Origin: Octopus sinensis
Lineage: Eukaryota
Assembly: GCF_006345805.1 (NCBI RefSeq)
Contig: NC_043010.1
Coordinates: forward strand, 52,018,001 to 52,082,000
DNA: 64,000 bases
Reading direction: 5' to 3'
Both the position numbers and the translations under genes were made by a program. Shown here in pieces: positions 62,004 to 64,000 of this stretch. Position 1 is the first letter of the stretch; the number at the start of each line of letters is the position of its first letter. The notes beneath the pieces were generated by a model. The model ran no database searches. It had not been told where the DNA came from and saw only the letters and a list, made by a program, of their open reading frames with translations.

Positions 62004-62565
62004 TGGGTCATCCCATAAAAAATGCGGTTTTTTCAATTGCATGAAAAGTCACAGGGGGATGGGATAAACTACCTGCATCAACTTGCTATAAAAGCAGATA
62101 ATTTTACCTTGGTCTTATTCTTAGTACCAGTTATGAAGAGTGCAGTTCAATTTTAACAGCTACTTTTTCAAAGTTATAATGGAAGTGACAAAGGAGCATA
62201 TTTGGCATATTTTACTTTATGAGTTCAATAAAGGCAACAACACAATGGAAAGTGTGAGGAATATTGATGCAGACCATAAGTGTAAGCCAGTGTCAACGGT
62301 AGTTCCAGAAATTCCGAGCCAGAAACTACAGCCTAGAAGACGAGCCTCATCCTGGAAGATCAGTAGAGCTTGATGGAGATATCCTGCAAACCCTGGTAGA
62401 ACAAAATCCCATTGTAACTGTTGAGGAACTAGCAGAGATGCTTGGATTTGGTCATTCAACCGTTCATTGACACCTGCATGCCATTGGAAAAATCAGCAAA
62501 TTAGGTCAATGGGTTCCTTATAAACTTTCCGAGTTTAATCGCACACAGAGAGTGAATGTATGCTC
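62004..62565 (+). mobile_element. Mariner 5' fragment, same family as 43078
   Basis: TA|TTGGGTCATCCCATAA TIR-like end; MEVTKEHIWHILLYEFNKG; GQWVP motif. Confidence 0.78.
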
Positions 62566-62590
62566 CAGAATCTGCCGACATCAAACCAGT

Positions 62591-62640
62591 CCTTACCGAT
62601 GAGGCGATGGAAATTGCCAAAACTGGCTGTCAGTATAAGG
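62591..62640 (+). other. Decayed hammerhead, probable Penelope-like LTR remnant
   Basis: CCGATGA-GGC..GCC-AAAAC TGGCT GTC: two substitutions in the core. Confidence 0.4.
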
Positions 62641-62869
62641 AATTCTCAAACGGTGTTTTCAAACGATTACAGTCTCTGTCAGTATATATGTATACAATTA
62701 TGTGCTTTGACTACAGAATTAGAACATTTTAGCTCTTATTTCTAGCAATGTAGGTGTTTCTAACACTCTAGTCACATTTAGTGATGATTATGGCATTCCT
62801 TTTTGGTGAAACATTGCAAACTGCTGTCTACATTAATTGTATTTATATAATTAAATTTATATATAGGTG

Positions 62870-63200
62870 CACACATGGTTCCGGGTTCAGTCCCACTGCA
62901 TGGCATCTTGGGCAAGTGTCTTCTGCTATAGCCCCGGGCCGACCAATGCCTTGTGAGTGGATTTGGTAGATGGAAACTGAAAGAAGCCTGTCGTATATAT
63001 GTATGTATATATATGTGTGTGTGTGCATGTGTTTGTCCCCCTAGCATTGCTTGACAACCAATGCTGGTGTGTTTACGTCTCCGTCACTTAACGGGTCGGC
63101 AAAAGAGACCGATAGAATAAGTCCCGGGGTTGATTTGCTCGACTAAAGGTGGTGCTCCAGCATGGCCACAGTCAAATGACTGAAACAAGTAAAAGAGAGA
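62870..63200 (+). mobile_element. SINE family A
   Basis: Homology to 7030-7416. Confidence 0.8.
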
Positions 63201-63721
63201 GAGTATATATATTTAGTATTAAAGGATGGTACTTACAATAATAAATATAACTCGGTGAGGCAGCAAGCCTGTCAGCTGACTTCATGCAAGTAGTTCTCAA
63301 CAAGCTGACACTAGATCACACAGCATCATTAGATCACTGTTCATTCAGTCAGTTGTGGATTACCTCTGCATCAATGCAAATGGAATTTGATATCACTGGA
63401 AATAACAACAACAATAATAATAATAATAATAATATAACAGAATAATTAAAGGATCCCATAACAGAAAGACAAAAATCTCAGCCCTAGCAATCATCCAATA
63501 AAAAACAAAAAAGCATCCATTAATGTTCTTTCAAAGACTGTATATTGCTAGCGTGGCTTTTATTAAAGCTGCAAAATTTTCACAAAACTGTTATTCAGAG
63601 TTTCACATTCCAGTTCATCGGACAGTTGTGATCAATATTGTATTTATTGCAGCTGTCTGGCGAATGGGAACATTAACTTTGAGTAACATTTTTGTGAAAA
63701 TTTTGCTCCTTTAATAAAAGT

Positions 63722-64000
63722 ATCATCATCATCATCATTGTTGTCATTTAACGTCCGCTTTCCATGCTGACATGGGCTGGATGGTTTGATTGAGGACTGG
63801 CAACCTAGGAAGCTGCACCAGACTCCAATCTGATTTGACGATGTTTCTACAGCTGGATGCCCTTCCTAACGCCAACCACTCCGACAATATAGTGGGTGAT
63901 TGTTACGTGCCACCAGCATAGGAGCCAGCCAGGTGGCATTGGCATTGACCACACTCGAATGATGCTTTTTACATGCCACCTGCAAAGGTGCGAGTCAGGT
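63722..64000 (-). mobile_element. Family D retroposon, runs off the window
   Basis: (ATC)n tail on +, homologous body. Confidence 0.75.

Overview
AT-rich eukaryotic (animal) genomic DNA dense in SINEs and microsatellites. The repeat families and the finger-only C2H2 genes look like an octopus (coleoid cephalopod) genome; this is inferred from sequence style only. Four protein-coding genes could be reconstructed by hand: (1) a 12-finger C2H2 gene (- strand, 3522-4565); (2) a divergently oriented 8-finger C2H2 gene (+, 14610-15485); (3) a complete 9-exon EIPR1/TSSC1 WD40 gene (+, 25407-42217, 381 aa); (4) a convergent PCMTD1-like gene (-, 4 coding exons, 51562-61508, 685 aa) whose split SOCS box is separated by about 415 aa of low-complexity sequence. 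The rest is four SINE families, a 5'-truncated CR1/L2-type LINE with an intact RT ORF in EIPR1 intron 1, RTE and R4/Dong fragments, mariner fossils, and piggyBac-, hAT- and Tc2-type MITEs. The most notable non-coding signals are an apparently intact type I hammerhead ribozyme (45764-45818, -) between the two convergent genes, three degenerate hammerheads, a weak HDV-like ribozyme candidate near 22.35 kb, a MITE fold-back beside a ZNF exon, inverted SINEs around the PCMTD1 ATG exon, and apparent SINE targeting of GGTATTT sites. SINE and TE boundaries without a TSD are approximate.
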